DNA of 64,000 nt from an uncultured Bacteroidota bacterium (lineage in GTDB: Bacteria; Bacteroidota; Rhodothermia; Rhodothermales; DATKEJ01). A program made the translations under genes and the position numbers. The stretch is from assembly GCA_963768715.1 (NCBI GenBank), contig CAVYJC010000002.1, positions 272,529-336,528 on the forward strand, given 5' to 3'. Under the pieces are notes generated by a model. The model had not been told where the DNA came from. It saw only the letters and a program-made list of their open reading frames with translations, and ran no database searches. Positions 9,801-18,476 of the stretch are shown here, piece by piece (position 1 is the first letter of the stretch; each line of letters begins with the position of its first letter).

Positions 9801-10532
9801 CGTCTCGTCGGTTGAGTCCGGGAGGAACCCGTACGCATGGAACAAACGATCATCCTGCTGATCGTCCGTCCAGAAATACGTCTCGAAGTCGGCGTTAATG
9901 ATGCCGCGCCCGAAAAAGCCGTTCCATTGCGGGTTGCCTCTGGCGTCGAGCCAATCGGGATGATCGGGCCACTTCTCGGGCCACGTGGCCGGGTCCGTAG
10001 AAATGGCCGGCTGATTGTTCGACCCGTCCTCTCTAGCAAAGCCGGGAAGCGCCTCGAAACCGAAAAACTTGTCAAAGCCCGGGAGCGGCGCCGTGGTGCC
10101 CGCCCTCGGACCGCGAACAGTAACGACCCGATGGACCAACGTATCCGGCTTCGAATCGCCATCCTGGTCAATGGGCACTTCGAACGCCACGACGGGAAGC
10201 ACGTCACCGATGTAGAAGTTTTCGGAACCGGCAGGCCATTCGCCGCGGACTTCACCGGTGCCGCCAAGTAGTCCCGTATTGAAGAACGTGATACGGATGC
10301 GGTTGCCGGCGGTGACGGACTTCTTTTCGTTCGTTCTGTTGCCGCGATAATGCGGATCAAGCAAGAAGTCTGGCAGTGACGATCTATCCTGAGCGAACGA
10401 AGACTGCTGAACGGCCAGGGTGCACAGCGTCAGCACCATCAACCGTGTGAGCCTCGAAGCCGTAAGCCTTAGTAGACGGAAGGTTGTCATTGAGTCGGAA
10501 ATTCGGCGGCCCTGGATTGTTCTCGTTGCCAT
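6900..10532 (-). CDS. Giant (~1200 aa) secreted protein with Asp-rich Ca-binding-like motifs and a T9SS-type C-terminal domain (triad copy A); function unknown
   Basis: 1210-aa ORF. Signal peptide ...LMVLTLCTLAVQQSSFAQ (alternative ATG at 10490). Motifs GIDNDGDGD, IDDDLDGLIDED, GIDNDNDWN, GEGDGQPTPGEPNFD. C-terminus VVPNPY...GRGERRVDFIHLPARARIRIYNARGELV...GVYFYHVEAPG...GKLAIIK. Paralogue at 48085..51352. Confidence 0.8.
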   Translation of the reverse strand: MATRTIQGRRISDSMTTFRLLRLTASRLTRLMVLTLCTLAVQQSSFAQDRSSLPDFLLDPHYRGNRTNEKKSVTAGNRIRITFFNTGLLGGTGEVRGEWPAGSENFYIGDVLPVVAFEVPIDQDGDSKPDTLVHRVVTVRGPRAGTTAPLPGFDKFFGFEALPGFAREDGSNNQPAISTDPATWPEKWPDHPDWLDARGNPQWNGFFGRGIINADFETYFWTDDQQDDRLFHAYGFLPDSTDETRHGQGIAIKTRGLQWSQFLAQDAMFWVYEVTNTSTTTYPRVAVGLVVGTLAGGDGDSQDDMAFFDQANRIVYSYDFDNSGNRGQPVGIAGYAFMESPGNALDGIDNDGDGDPSQEAGLDIDGRPFVTPGLEGVDNVFIQSDFQPRTLAVGDPLILTDPETFERTIVYLGDGPMTVQSQGRTFHVTPGATLQEKQITIQGQLEAITVTEKNLIDDDLDGLIDEDIALHFTRRKQNFQGEIVTLPSLRFKDYVSFATAVRGRQATLADSIRFGLANPMIDEAGNDGIDNDNDWNILTDDVGADGSTGTGDIGEGDGQPTPGEPNFDALDVDETDQVGLASFYYFTPPGALVMNRDDLMWDRMTPGFFTTNAELETQQAGGGVDGDFLFGSGYFRLAPGETLRFSMALVFGGGETFATQLANITNNVVTIQEIYNRNYQFAKPPDKPTLSAVPGDKKVTLFWNSIAEDSIDPILGKDFQGYKIYRSTDPFFRDPLDITDAAGNPRLLAPIAQFDLDDGLEGVWVGNSDLYQRVGGVPFNLGNDSGLRYAWVDDQVDNGREYYYALTAYDRGSTEFYPAENNFPVTIAEDGSIKTDKNVVRVTPNAATLGFEEGGVTEEPVHTAGPATGDVFVETLDARMLDDDVQYEVQFEGSPLKANTFSVTADGQPIINDGQVDTPESFIFDGMRLVLREDGIRLNQDETNWTNPAGKVTLFAGVTNVTQWRYTGSLSPFDYRITFSDAVQATSMGGFSLGSRGPQAVATDCYFSVTNVTENRPADFVFYEPDPAIANGKLDGNEFIFIYETLGGTALKPTWAIRILNSDGAFPVNGDVFQLTTYKPFSNKDRYTFSTRASATDGATAKEQLDRIRVVPNPYLAAAGWEGRLPPTITSGRGERRVDFIHLPARARIRIYNARGELVRELAHESDISDGTVSWDLKSREQLDIAFGVYFYHVEAPGIGETTGKLAIIK

Positions 10533-10543
10533 GAACTCAAATA

Positions 10544-13267
10544 CTAGAACCTGTAGGAGAGTCCCAGCACGACTCGCCGGGGCTCATTGTAAAAGTCCGG
10601 ACGCGTATACCAGCTGTTGAGATATCCGATGTCACCACGAAATGTGTTCGCATCGACATTGCGCTGGAGTGAATACGTCGCCCGACCGGTATCCGTGAAG
10701 ATGCCGACCTCATTCTTGCTGTCGAAGAGGTTGTCAACCTTGGCAAAGACCTGAACGGTCGTTGCCCCCAGTGGGATGTCCTTGTACACATTGACATCGA
10801 ACTGAACCCGACTCGGCTTGTACTCGCTGTTGAGGGGGATCTTCGTCGGGAGAATGGTGCCCGTCTGCAGCGTCGTCTGGGTCGGCGTGTACGGAGTGCC
10901 GGAGCCGTACGTCCCTACCAGGCCGAACCCCCAATTCGAGGTTGACCGATACGAAAGGCTCACATTCGCGGTATGACGCTGATCCCAATTCGTCGGGACG
11001 AGTTGCGTCTCCAATGTCTGTTTCGCGGAGGCTGCCTTGTAGACCTGATCGGGGTCTGACGCGTTCGCCTTCGCGACCTGGAAGGTGTAATCGGCGTTCA
11101 TAAAGAACCGCGAGCCAATCCGCTGGTCGATGCGAAGAACGACTCCTCGTACGAGTCCGAAATCGGAATTCACCAGCACCGCATACCGGGCCGATGTTCC
11201 TTCCACCGCTATGGGGGCTGCGGCCGTTCCGGTCAGGTTGCGGATGTCCCGAAAATAGGTGGTCAACTCGACGGCGGTAGAGGACGAAAGCTCCTGCTTC
11301 AGGCCAATCTCTCCGTTGATGGTTTTTTCCGGGTTGAGGTTGGCGTTCCCGATGAGCCCGATGATGCCCGAGCCGCCCTCGTTGAGTTGGAAGAAGGGGT
11401 TCTGATACAGCAGCTCGAAATTCGGCACCTGAAAGAACCAACCGTAAGAGAAGTGGATGACGCCGCCTGCCGAGATCGGGAATGCAATACCCAGTCTTGG
11501 ACTGATCTGGGACTTAGCATCGGCAGCCTTGAAACCGGTTCCAGGAGGAAGCTGACTACGAAGCTCTATGAAAACAATGTTCGGATCGGTCGGATTCTCG
11601 AAAACCCTACCCTTCGAGTCAAAGTAGTCGAACCGAAGGCCTCCGTTAATGATCAAACTGCCGACCTCGATCTTGTCCTGGACGTACGTGGAGAATTCAA
11701 CGGGTTCGTAGTCGTAAATCCCCTGGTCGTACAGGAAAGGCTCGATGTTAAACTGGTCGAGCACGACAACGATTTGATCGCGGTATTTCAGTTTGTGACG
11801 CCGGTACTCAACGCCCACCTTGACAAGATTGTATGCGTCCAGCTGAGTCGTAAAGTCGAGCTTACCGAGCCACGTGTCGGTTTCGCGCCGGAAACGCTTA
11901 TTGTCGGTACCGCCGATCGCAAAATTCGACGTGGTAAGCTGGTCGCGGAAGTCGATAAACTGCACGTCGCGGTATTCCGGACTCAGCGGGTCGTCGAAGA
12001 GGACGCTCTTGAACTTGCTGTTCGTATTTGTGATGGCCACCTCGTAGAACGCCCTGTCGGAGAGCGTGTGCGTCAATTTGAGATAGGCCGTGCGACCGTC
12101 CTTTCGGGTATGACGCTGGGCATCGGGGAGAAAGCGGAACCTGTGCCTGTCCTCACCCGTCGCCCCTTCCTTGCCGTCCTCTTGCGAAAAAATGGCGTTC
12201 CCTGCGATACGAATCGAATTGCTCAACTTGTAGGTGAGCTTGGCCTGGCCGCTGATTCGTTTGAACGGGTCGAGGGAGACGAATGATGAATCTCCTGACC
12301 CGGCCGGATTCACCAACTCCAGACGTCCGGCCTCTCCAAAAGCGACGTCGTCGAACAGGAATGCACGCCGCCCAAACGTCCAACCGTCGTTGTGGAAATA
12401 GCGTCCACTCGTAAAGAAGAATAACTTGTTCTTGATGATGGGGCCTGACAGATCACCTTCGAGGTTTCTGACCGCCGACGGCTTTATGTTGTCAATATGA
12501 TCGAAGACTTTGTCATGGGAGCTGGCGTAATCCCCGACAAATCCCTTCAAGTCCCCGTGCAAGCGGTTCGCGCCATCCCTGGTCACGACATTCACAATCC
12601 CCGAAAGTGCCTGCCCGTACTCGGCGTTGAAAGCCCCCGTAACGACTTGCACTTCCTGGACGGTATTGTTCTCGACGGTCGTCCCGAGACTTCCATCATA
12701 GACGTCGGTCACTGGGACGCCGTCTACCCAATAGCCGACCTCCCCGATGCGTCCGCCTCGAAAGTGGCCGTCTACGACGCCCGCCTGCAACTCAATAACG
12801 TCGTTAAAATTCTCGACAGGAATTGCTCGGATGCGGTCGCCGTTGACCACGGCGGTTGTCGCCGTCAAGTCCTTTTGAACGAGCACCTGCTCGGCAGTAA
12901 CCACGACAACCTCGCCCTGAATGAACTCTTCGCCCAACTGAAAGTCTTCCGTCGTAGTCAGATCGATGGACACGCGTACGCCAGGCTTACTGACAGTCTG
13001 ATAACCGAGATAGGAGGCTATGAGGGTGTACGTTCCGGGTCGAACCCCGATCACCACGTAATTACCGTCTACGTCCGTCGAGGTACCCTGCGTCGTCCCT
13101 TCGAAGTAGACGTTGACTCCGACGAGTGCTTCGCCGGTTCTGGCATCGGTGACTCTGCCTTTCACCTTACCGTGCTGAGCCCAAAGCATCGAAAATGAAC
13201 CTGACAGTCCGATGATCAGGAGTGCAATTGCAAACGAGATGGAAGGACGAAATGAAGTCGACTTCAT
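10544..13267 (-). CDS. TonB-dependent receptor with N-terminal carboxypeptidase-regulatory-like domain (triad copy A)
   Basis: ORF 10544..13351; start set at the ATG at 13267 (MKSTSFRPSISFAIALLIIGLSGSFSMLWAQ). GKVKGRVTDARTGEALVGVNVYFEGTTQGTSTDVDGNY is CarboxypepD_reg-like. Plug-like NDVIELQAGVVDGHFRGGRIGEVGYWVDGVP. Barrel ends ...VVLGLSYRF. Confidence 0.85.
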   Translation of the reverse strand: MKSTSFRPSISFAIALLIIGLSGSFSMLWAQHGKVKGRVTDARTGEALVGVNVYFEGTTQGTSTDVDGNYVVIGVRPGTYTLIASYLGYQTVSKPGVRVSIDLTTTEDFQLGEEFIQGEVVVVTAEQVLVQKDLTATTAVVNGDRIRAIPVENFNDVIELQAGVVDGHFRGGRIGEVGYWVDGVPVTDVYDGSLGTTVENNTVQEVQVVTGAFNAEYGQALSGIVNVVTRDGANRLHGDLKGFVGDYASSHDKVFDHIDNIKPSAVRNLEGDLSGPIIKNKLFFFTSGRYFHNDGWTFGRRAFLFDDVAFGEAGRLELVNPAGSGDSSFVSLDPFKRISGQAKLTYKLSNSIRIAGNAIFSQEDGKEGATGEDRHRFRFLPDAQRHTRKDGRTAYLKLTHTLSDRAFYEVAITNTNSKFKSVLFDDPLSPEYRDVQFIDFRDQLTTSNFAIGGTDNKRFRRETDTWLGKLDFTTQLDAYNLVKVGVEYRRHKLKYRDQIVVVLDQFNIEPFLYDQGIYDYEPVEFSTYVQDKIEVGSLIINGGLRFDYFDSKGRVFENPTDPNIVFIELRSQLPPGTGFKAADAKSQISPRLGIAFPISAGGVIHFSYGWFFQVPNFELLYQNPFFQLNEGGSGIIGLIGNANLNPEKTINGEIGLKQELSSSTAVELTTYFRDIRNLTGTAAAPIAVEGTSARYAVLVNSDFGLVRGVVLRIDQRIGSRFFMNADYTFQVAKANASDPDQVYKAASAKQTLETQLVPTNWDQRHTANVSLSYRSTSNWGFGLVGTYGSGTPYTPTQTTLQTGTILPTKIPLNSEYKPSRVQFDVNVYKDIPLGATTVQVFAKVDNLFDSKNEVGIFTDTGRATYSLQRNVDANTFRGDIGYLNSWYTRPDFYNEPRRVVLGLSYRF

Positions 13268-13418
13268 ATCCTTAATATTGCGAGCAATCAGGTCCCAGGG
13301 AGACCAGACGACACCTCGGTAAGGACTGGGCGATAGTGATTCGGGTGTCATCCGCCGTCTTGTCGAGCGTCGGAAATATACGATCTATCCGAAACCACGA
13401 AAGTGGAAGGGGTGTTAT

Positions 13419-15392
13419 TTGGCCCCAGTTCGCAAAAAATCATTGAAAAAACAAGGACAAAACACCGACGACGTGTGGAAACGGCGAGTCTTCATGATCA
13501 TCGCCGCTTCCATCCCTGTCGTCGCCTTTGCCCTCGTGGAGGGAGGATTGCGGCTCGCCGGCTATGGATCGGACGCCCCGCTTTTCGTGCCGATCGAAGG
13601 ACTTGACGGATACCTGCGATCGAACGACAGCGTCGCCGTGAGGTATTTCGTTTCTGAAGCGACGCTGCCCACGATCCCACTCGAGATCTTTCGCACTGAA
13701 AAGACGGACAGTACGATCCGCATCGTCGTCCAGGGAGGCTCCTCGGCGGCCGGCTTCCCATATTACTTCGGCACTAGTCTCGCCGATGAACTCGAACCTG
13801 TTATGGCCGACCTGCTTCCTGGAAAGGATGTCCAGGTTATCGGCACGGCGATGGCGGCCGTGAACACGTTTACGCTTCTGGACCTGTCGGACGACATTCT
13901 GGCTCTTCGGCCTGACCTGATCCTCATCTACGCGGGACATAATGAATACTACGGAGCGTTGGGTGTGGGCTCCTCGCAGTCGTTCGGCCGATCGGCCCGA
14001 CTGAAACGGTGGTACCTCCGGCTCAGACGACTTCGAACTGTTCAGGCCCTTAGAAACGGCATTGCCGGGCTTCTCTCGAAGACCTCGGGCCATGAGCGCG
14101 GTCGCCCACCCGGCGTGACGCTCATGGAGAGGATGGTGGGTGAGCAATCTATTCCATATGGGTCCGAGGCATACGAAGACGGAGTGGGACAATTCCGTTC
14201 GAATCTTCGGGCGCTGCTCGCTAAATACGCAGATCGGGGCATCCCCGTAGTCATCGGAACGCTTGCCAGCAACGTGCGCGACCAGGCGCCCTTTGTCGAC
14301 GGCGCCGAGCCAGGGCACGATACGAAGCGCCTTGACGAGGCCGTAGCCGAAGCCGAATCGGCCGCGGCGCGCGGCGACACGGCGTCGGCCGTCGAAAAGC
14401 TGTCAGAGGTTGTGTCGAGGGATTCCATCTACGCGTCAGCGCGGTACGCTCTGGGCCGGCTGCTCCTGCACGGGGGACAGGCCGAGCGTGGTCGCGAACT
14501 GCTGTATGGGGCGAAAGACCGTGATGAGTTGCGATTCAGGGCCGTCGAAGAGATGAATCGAATCATCGAGCAGTCTGTCGACAACGAGCATGTGTTTCTT
14601 GCAGACGTGCAGAGAGTCATGGCAGAGGCCACCGCAAACGGCTTACCGGACTCAACCGTGATGACGGAGCACCTTCACCCCAACGTCCGCGGTTACCGGC
14701 TCCTGACCCAGGCTTTCGTTCAGGCGATCACGCGAGCGGGACTGTTCGGGCTTTCCCCGGCGACAGAGATCCACTACCGAAACGTGACGAGGCTGGATTC
14801 TCTTGTCGGAGCGCTCCGCCTCGTCAGGCTCAAGGGCAGCTGGCCGTTCAAACCGCCCGGCTCGCGCACAACGGAGCTCACGGAGACGCAGACCGGCTCG
14901 GTCGAGGAAAAACTGGCGCTCGATGTGCTGAACGAAAAGAAAGACCGGACGGAGGCGCTGGCGGAACTCGGAAAATACTATCTCTCCGAGCATCGATTCA
15001 CTGACGCCCGCGATGCTTCCCTTGCCATAGCCGAGCGCTTTCCGTTCATGGGAAGGCCGCTTGTCGATGCTGGGGATGCCGCCCTGTCAATGGGCAGGCC
15101 GAAGGACGCCCTCAAATACTATCGCAAGAGTCTCGAAAGGGAGGAATCGGGAGCAGCACATCGAATGATTGGCGCTATAGTCCTGCAGCAGGGTAAACAC
15201 GAGGAGGCAATCCACCAGCTAAGACGCTCCCTGGAACTGGAGCCGGGAAATCCACAGTCATTATACAATCTTGCTGGAGCTCTCGCGTTGTCGGGCCGCC
15301 TGGAGGAAGCGCGCGCGGTTTGCGACACCCTGCTCGCCAAATATCCCGGCCACGAGCAGGGCCGGAAACTACTGGAGAGTTTGAGAAGATGA
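13419..15392 (+). CDS. SGNH/GDSL-like hydrolase domain protein with C-terminal TPR repeats
   Basis: 657-aa ORF with an N-terminal TM/signal segment. IRIVVQGGSSAAGFPY and LILIYAGHNEY blocks plus HLHPNVRGY are SGNH-like. The C-terminal ~200 aa are TPR-like (ALKYYRKSLE..., AIHQLRRSLELEPGNPQSLYNLAGAL...). The track start is a TTG; an in-frame ATG at 13494 is an alternative. Confidence 0.6.
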   Translation: MAPVRKKSLKKQGQNTDDVWKRRVFMIIAASIPVVAFALVEGGLRLAGYGSDAPLFVPIEGLDGYLRSNDSVAVRYFVSEATLPTIPLEIFRTEKTDSTIRIVVQGGSSAAGFPYYFGTSLADELEPVMADLLPGKDVQVIGTAMAAVNTFTLLDLSDDILALRPDLILIYAGHNEYYGALGVGSSQSFGRSARLKRWYLRLRRLRTVQALRNGIAGLLSKTSGHERGRPPGVTLMERMVGEQSIPYGSEAYEDGVGQFRSNLRALLAKYADRGIPVVIGTLASNVRDQAPFVDGAEPGHDTKRLDEAVAEAESAAARGDTASAVEKLSEVVSRDSIYASARYALGRLLLHGGQAERGRELLYGAKDRDELRFRAVEEMNRIIEQSVDNEHVFLADVQRVMAEATANGLPDSTVMTEHLHPNVRGYRLLTQAFVQAITRAGLFGLSPATEIHYRNVTRLDSLVGALRLVRLKGSWPFKPPGSRTTELTETQTGSVEEKLALDVLNEKKDRTEALAELGKYYLSEHRFTDARDASLAIAERFPFMGRPLVDAGDAALSMGRPKDALKYYRKSLEREESGAAHRMIGAIVLQQGKHEEAIHQLRRSLELEPGNPQSLYNLAGALALSGRLEEARAVCDTLLAKYPGHEQGRKLLESLRR

Positions 15393-15398
15393 TGCTCC

Positions 15399-16262
15399 CT
15401 ATCCCTTCACTGATCCCAGCGTCAAACCCGAAATCAGGTAGCGACTGAGCATCAGAAAGAGCGCGACGACAGGAATGGAGACGAGGAGTGACCCGGCGGC
15501 ATACATCCCCCACTCTGTGCTGAGTTTGCTCTGAAACATCTTTAGCCCGAGCGGAAGCGTAAACATCTGCGTATCCTGCAGCACCACGTTGGCCACGACG
15601 TATTCGTTCCAGGCCGTCATGAACGAAAACAGCGCCGTAATCACCAAGGCCGGCGCGGCGAGCGGGAAGATCACTTTGTAGAACGTTTGCCAAGGCCCGC
15701 ACCCATCGATCCGCGCCGCTTCCTCGAGCGCATTGGGAATCGTGTCGTAGTAACCCTTCATCTGCCAGATCGTGAACGGAAGGGCGGTCGCTGAATAAAT
15801 GACGATGATCCCGATGTACGAGTTGATGAGATGGAGTCGAATGAGAACCATGTACAATGGAAGCAGCAGCATGGTAGCGGGAAACATCTGTGTGACCAGC
15901 AGTCCACTCAGCATCGAACCTTTGCCTTTGAACCGGAATCTCGAAAGTGCATAGCCTGTCGTCGACGCCAGCGCCACCCCGGTGACCGTTACCACAAGCG
16001 CTACGATCGTAGAATTGAGCAGCCACCGGAGAAAGGGCGTCTTCGTGAGCAGCTCCGAATAGTTTGACAGCGTGGCATCATCAGGAATGATATCGAGAGA
16101 CGTAGAGAGCAAACGATCGCCTGGTCGCAGAGAGATTGTGACAATTCGCAGGACCGGATAGATCGCCACTGCGACGGCGACCGCCAGCACGAAGTACGTT
16201 GCGAGGGTCGACGTCAGCCGCTTCGGATCGATCTTGCTATGTCTCTTCTTGACTCCGCTCAT
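15399..16262 (-). CDS. Carbohydrate ABC transporter permease (CUT1, MalG-like)
   Basis: ORF 15399..16373; start set at the ATG at 16262 (MSGVKKRHSK...). Multiple TM segments and EAA loop LEEAARIDGCGPWQTFYKVIFPLAAPAL. Confidence 0.85.
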   Translation of the reverse strand: MSGVKKRHSKIDPKRLTSTLATYFVLAVAVAVAIYPVLRIVTISLRPGDRLLSTSLDIIPDDATLSNYSELLTKTPFLRWLLNSTIVALVVTVTGVALASTTGYALSRFRFKGKGSMLSGLLVTQMFPATMLLLPLYMVLIRLHLINSYIGIIVIYSATALPFTIWQMKGYYDTIPNALEEAARIDGCGPWQTFYKVIFPLAAPALVITALFSFMTAWNEYVVANVVLQDTQMFTLPLGLKMFQSKLSTEWGMYAAGSLLVSIPVVALFLMLSRYLISGLTLGSVKG

Positions 16263-16276
16263 GACAATCTTCTCAG

Positions 16277-17176
16277 CTAGTAGAGAGACTCGGTCGCTCG
16301 GGTTCGATTCAAGAACACCTGGGTGAAAGCGAACAGAATGCCAAAAATCACCATGGACAGCGCAGCGGCCCATCCAAAGCGGTACATGTTGAACGCGGCC
16401 TTGTAGACGTACGAGACGAGAATGTGCGTCTGATCAGCCGGTTCACCTGCGTTCGACACCAGCCAGACGATATTGACATTGTTGAACGTCCAGACAATCC
16501 CGAGCGTGATGGCGGGCACCATGACCGGCTTAAGCAAGGGCGCCGTGATACCCCAGAACTTCCTCCACTCGGAAGCACCGTCGACTTCCGCCGCCTCATA
16601 CAACTCGCCCGGTATGGACTGAAGCCCTCCAAGGGCGACAACCATCATGAAGGGGAAGCCCAGCCAGACGTTTGTCAGAATCACAGCCACGAAGGCTTCA
16701 AATGGTGAGCTGAGCCACTCGATCCCCGGCAGCCCGAGATACTTCGAGATCAGCAAATTGATCGCGCCATACTCATAATTGAACATGCCGCGCCACGTCA
16801 ATGCCGTGATGTACTGGGGAATGGCCCACGGTAGTATCAGCAGCACTCGCCAGACCGGTTTTCCGACGACGAATCGTTGATTGAGCATCACCGCTAGAAA
16901 CACCCCGATGCCGACGTGAAAAACGACGTTTACCACGGTCCAAACGATCGTCTTGATCAGTATGCGCCAAAAAAGCGGCTCTTGGAAGACGGCCACATAC
17001 TGCTGAAATCCGATAATCCGCCAATCTCTGAGGTGATAGATGTTGGCGTTCGAAAGGGACAGTACCACATTGTAGAAGAACGGATAGGCAACTACCGCCA
17101 AGACAATGACTGTTGCCGGACCGATCAGAAATGACAGGAACCAGCGCGACGAGCTATTGCCACCGGATCCGGTCAT
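16277..17176 (-). CDS. Carbohydrate ABC transporter permease (CUT1, MalF-like)
   Basis: 299 aa, polytopic, with EAA loop YEAAEVDGASEWRKFWGITAPLLKPVM. Confidence 0.85.
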   Translation of the reverse strand: MTGSGGNSSSRWFLSFLIGPATVIVLAVVAYPFFYNVVLSLSNANIYHLRDWRIIGFQQYVAVFQEPLFWRILIKTIVWTVVNVVFHVGIGVFLAVMLNQRFVVGKPVWRVLLILPWAIPQYITALTWRGMFNYEYGAINLLISKYLGLPGIEWLSSPFEAFVAVILTNVWLGFPFMMVVALGGLQSIPGELYEAAEVDGASEWRKFWGITAPLLKPVMVPAITLGIVWTFNNVNIVWLVSNAGEPADQTHILVSYVYKAAFNMYRFGWAAALSMVIFGILFAFTQVFLNRTRATESLY

Positions 17177-17225
17177 GTAGCACTTCCGCCCACCGAAATT
17201 GCAATTGTACCCAAGGAGCTCATGC

Positions 17226-18476
17226 CTACAGAAATGTGTCTTTGATCAACTTCTCGGCCTGTTCCTGCATCATCCGTGCTCCTTCCTCCGCTGTCACGGC
17301 GCCGTTCATTACGAGTTGATAGGGCCCGCGAGCGCCATCCCAAATTTGCCGGAGCGCCGGATCCAACGGCATTGGACGTCCTAAGGCGATTTGCCTCATC
17401 GATTCCTCAATCAACGGATTCGAAAAGATGGTCGAGTCGGCGAGCGCCTTTCGATTTACCGGAGTCGTCGCAAGGCGCTTTGCCATCGCGATCTGGACCT
17501 CGGGCCCCGTAAGATAGAGCATGACTTTCCTTACAGCGGCATACTTCTCAGGCGGGACGTTGACGTTCACCGAGTATCCCTTAGCCGAGACCATGGGTCG
17601 ACACCATTCACCTGTTTCCGAGATTTTTGGGATGGGGGACAAACCAATGTCTATCCCCGCATCTATGTAACCTCCCCAGGCCCACGGGCCGTTGATGATC
17701 ATGGCGGCACGACCGTCCTTGAAGAGTCCTTCGGCGATGTCATAGTCGGACTCTCGAGGAATCACTTTGTATTTGTCCCTCAAATCAAGAATGAACTGAA
17801 TGGCCTTGACTGTCGCTTCTGTGTTCAGAGTCGGCCTGCCATCTTCATCCATAACCCAGCCGCCGAAGCCTGTCAAGAACGGGATAAAGAAGAAGGGCTC
17901 CTGGTATCCCCAGGTCAGTGCATACCGGTCGGGTCTGCCGTCACCGTCGGTATCCACGGTCAAGTCCTTCGCCATCTTCAGAAAGTCATCGAACGTTTCC
18001 GGCGGTTCAGGAACCAGTGCCCGATTGTAGACAAGGGTCAAATGATTTCCGATCTGGTCCGCGAGCATCCATGTCGAATCCTTCCAGGTGACGAGCCCAT
18101 CCTCGGTATATTCGTCGAACACGTCGGGCGAAAAGACACGCTCAAGCGGCACGATAGTGTTCGTCTGCACAAACAGACCGACGTTGTCCGCGGGACCATA
18201 GATGATCTCGGGCCCTTGCCCCCCTACAGCGGCCGTCACGAAGAAATTCCGCATTTCCTCGTTCGACTTGAAGAGCGTCTCAATAAATATCTCGGATTGC
18301 TCGGCGTTGAACCGATCGACAAATTCATCGAGGATCATGCGTTCAGGGGTGGCTTTCGGGTGCCAGATACGCACGACGATCCTGCCGTCGCTTCGCCCGG
18401 ACGAACATCCTCCAAGAAACCCGAGCAAAAACAGCACCAGCGCAACGAGGCAAATCTCAAGCCTGAGCCGAATCAT
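17226..18476 (-). CDS. ABC transporter extracellular sugar-binding lipoprotein (CUT1 family)
   Basis: ORF 17226..19055. Start set at the ATG at 18476, giving MIRLRLEICLVALVLFLLGFLGGCSS (lipobox) and a 4-bp ATGA overlap with the GH97 stop. The body is typical of maltodextrin/oligosaccharide SBPs (RIWHPK..., GPWAWGGY). Confidence 0.85.
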   Translation of the reverse strand: MIRLRLEICLVALVLFLLGFLGGCSSGRSDGRIVVRIWHPKATPERMILDEFVDRFNAEQSEIFIETLFKSNEEMRNFFVTAAVGGQGPEIIYGPADNVGLFVQTNTIVPLERVFSPDVFDEYTEDGLVTWKDSTWMLADQIGNHLTLVYNRALVPEPPETFDDFLKMAKDLTVDTDGDGRPDRYALTWGYQEPFFFIPFLTGFGGWVMDEDGRPTLNTEATVKAIQFILDLRDKYKVIPRESDYDIAEGLFKDGRAAMIINGPWAWGGYIDAGIDIGLSPIPKISETGEWCRPMVSAKGYSVNVNVPPEKYAAVRKVMLYLTGPEVQIAMAKRLATTPVNRKALADSTIFSNPLIEESMRQIALGRPMPLDPALRQIWDGARGPYQLVMNGAVTAEEGARMMQEQAEKLIKDTFL

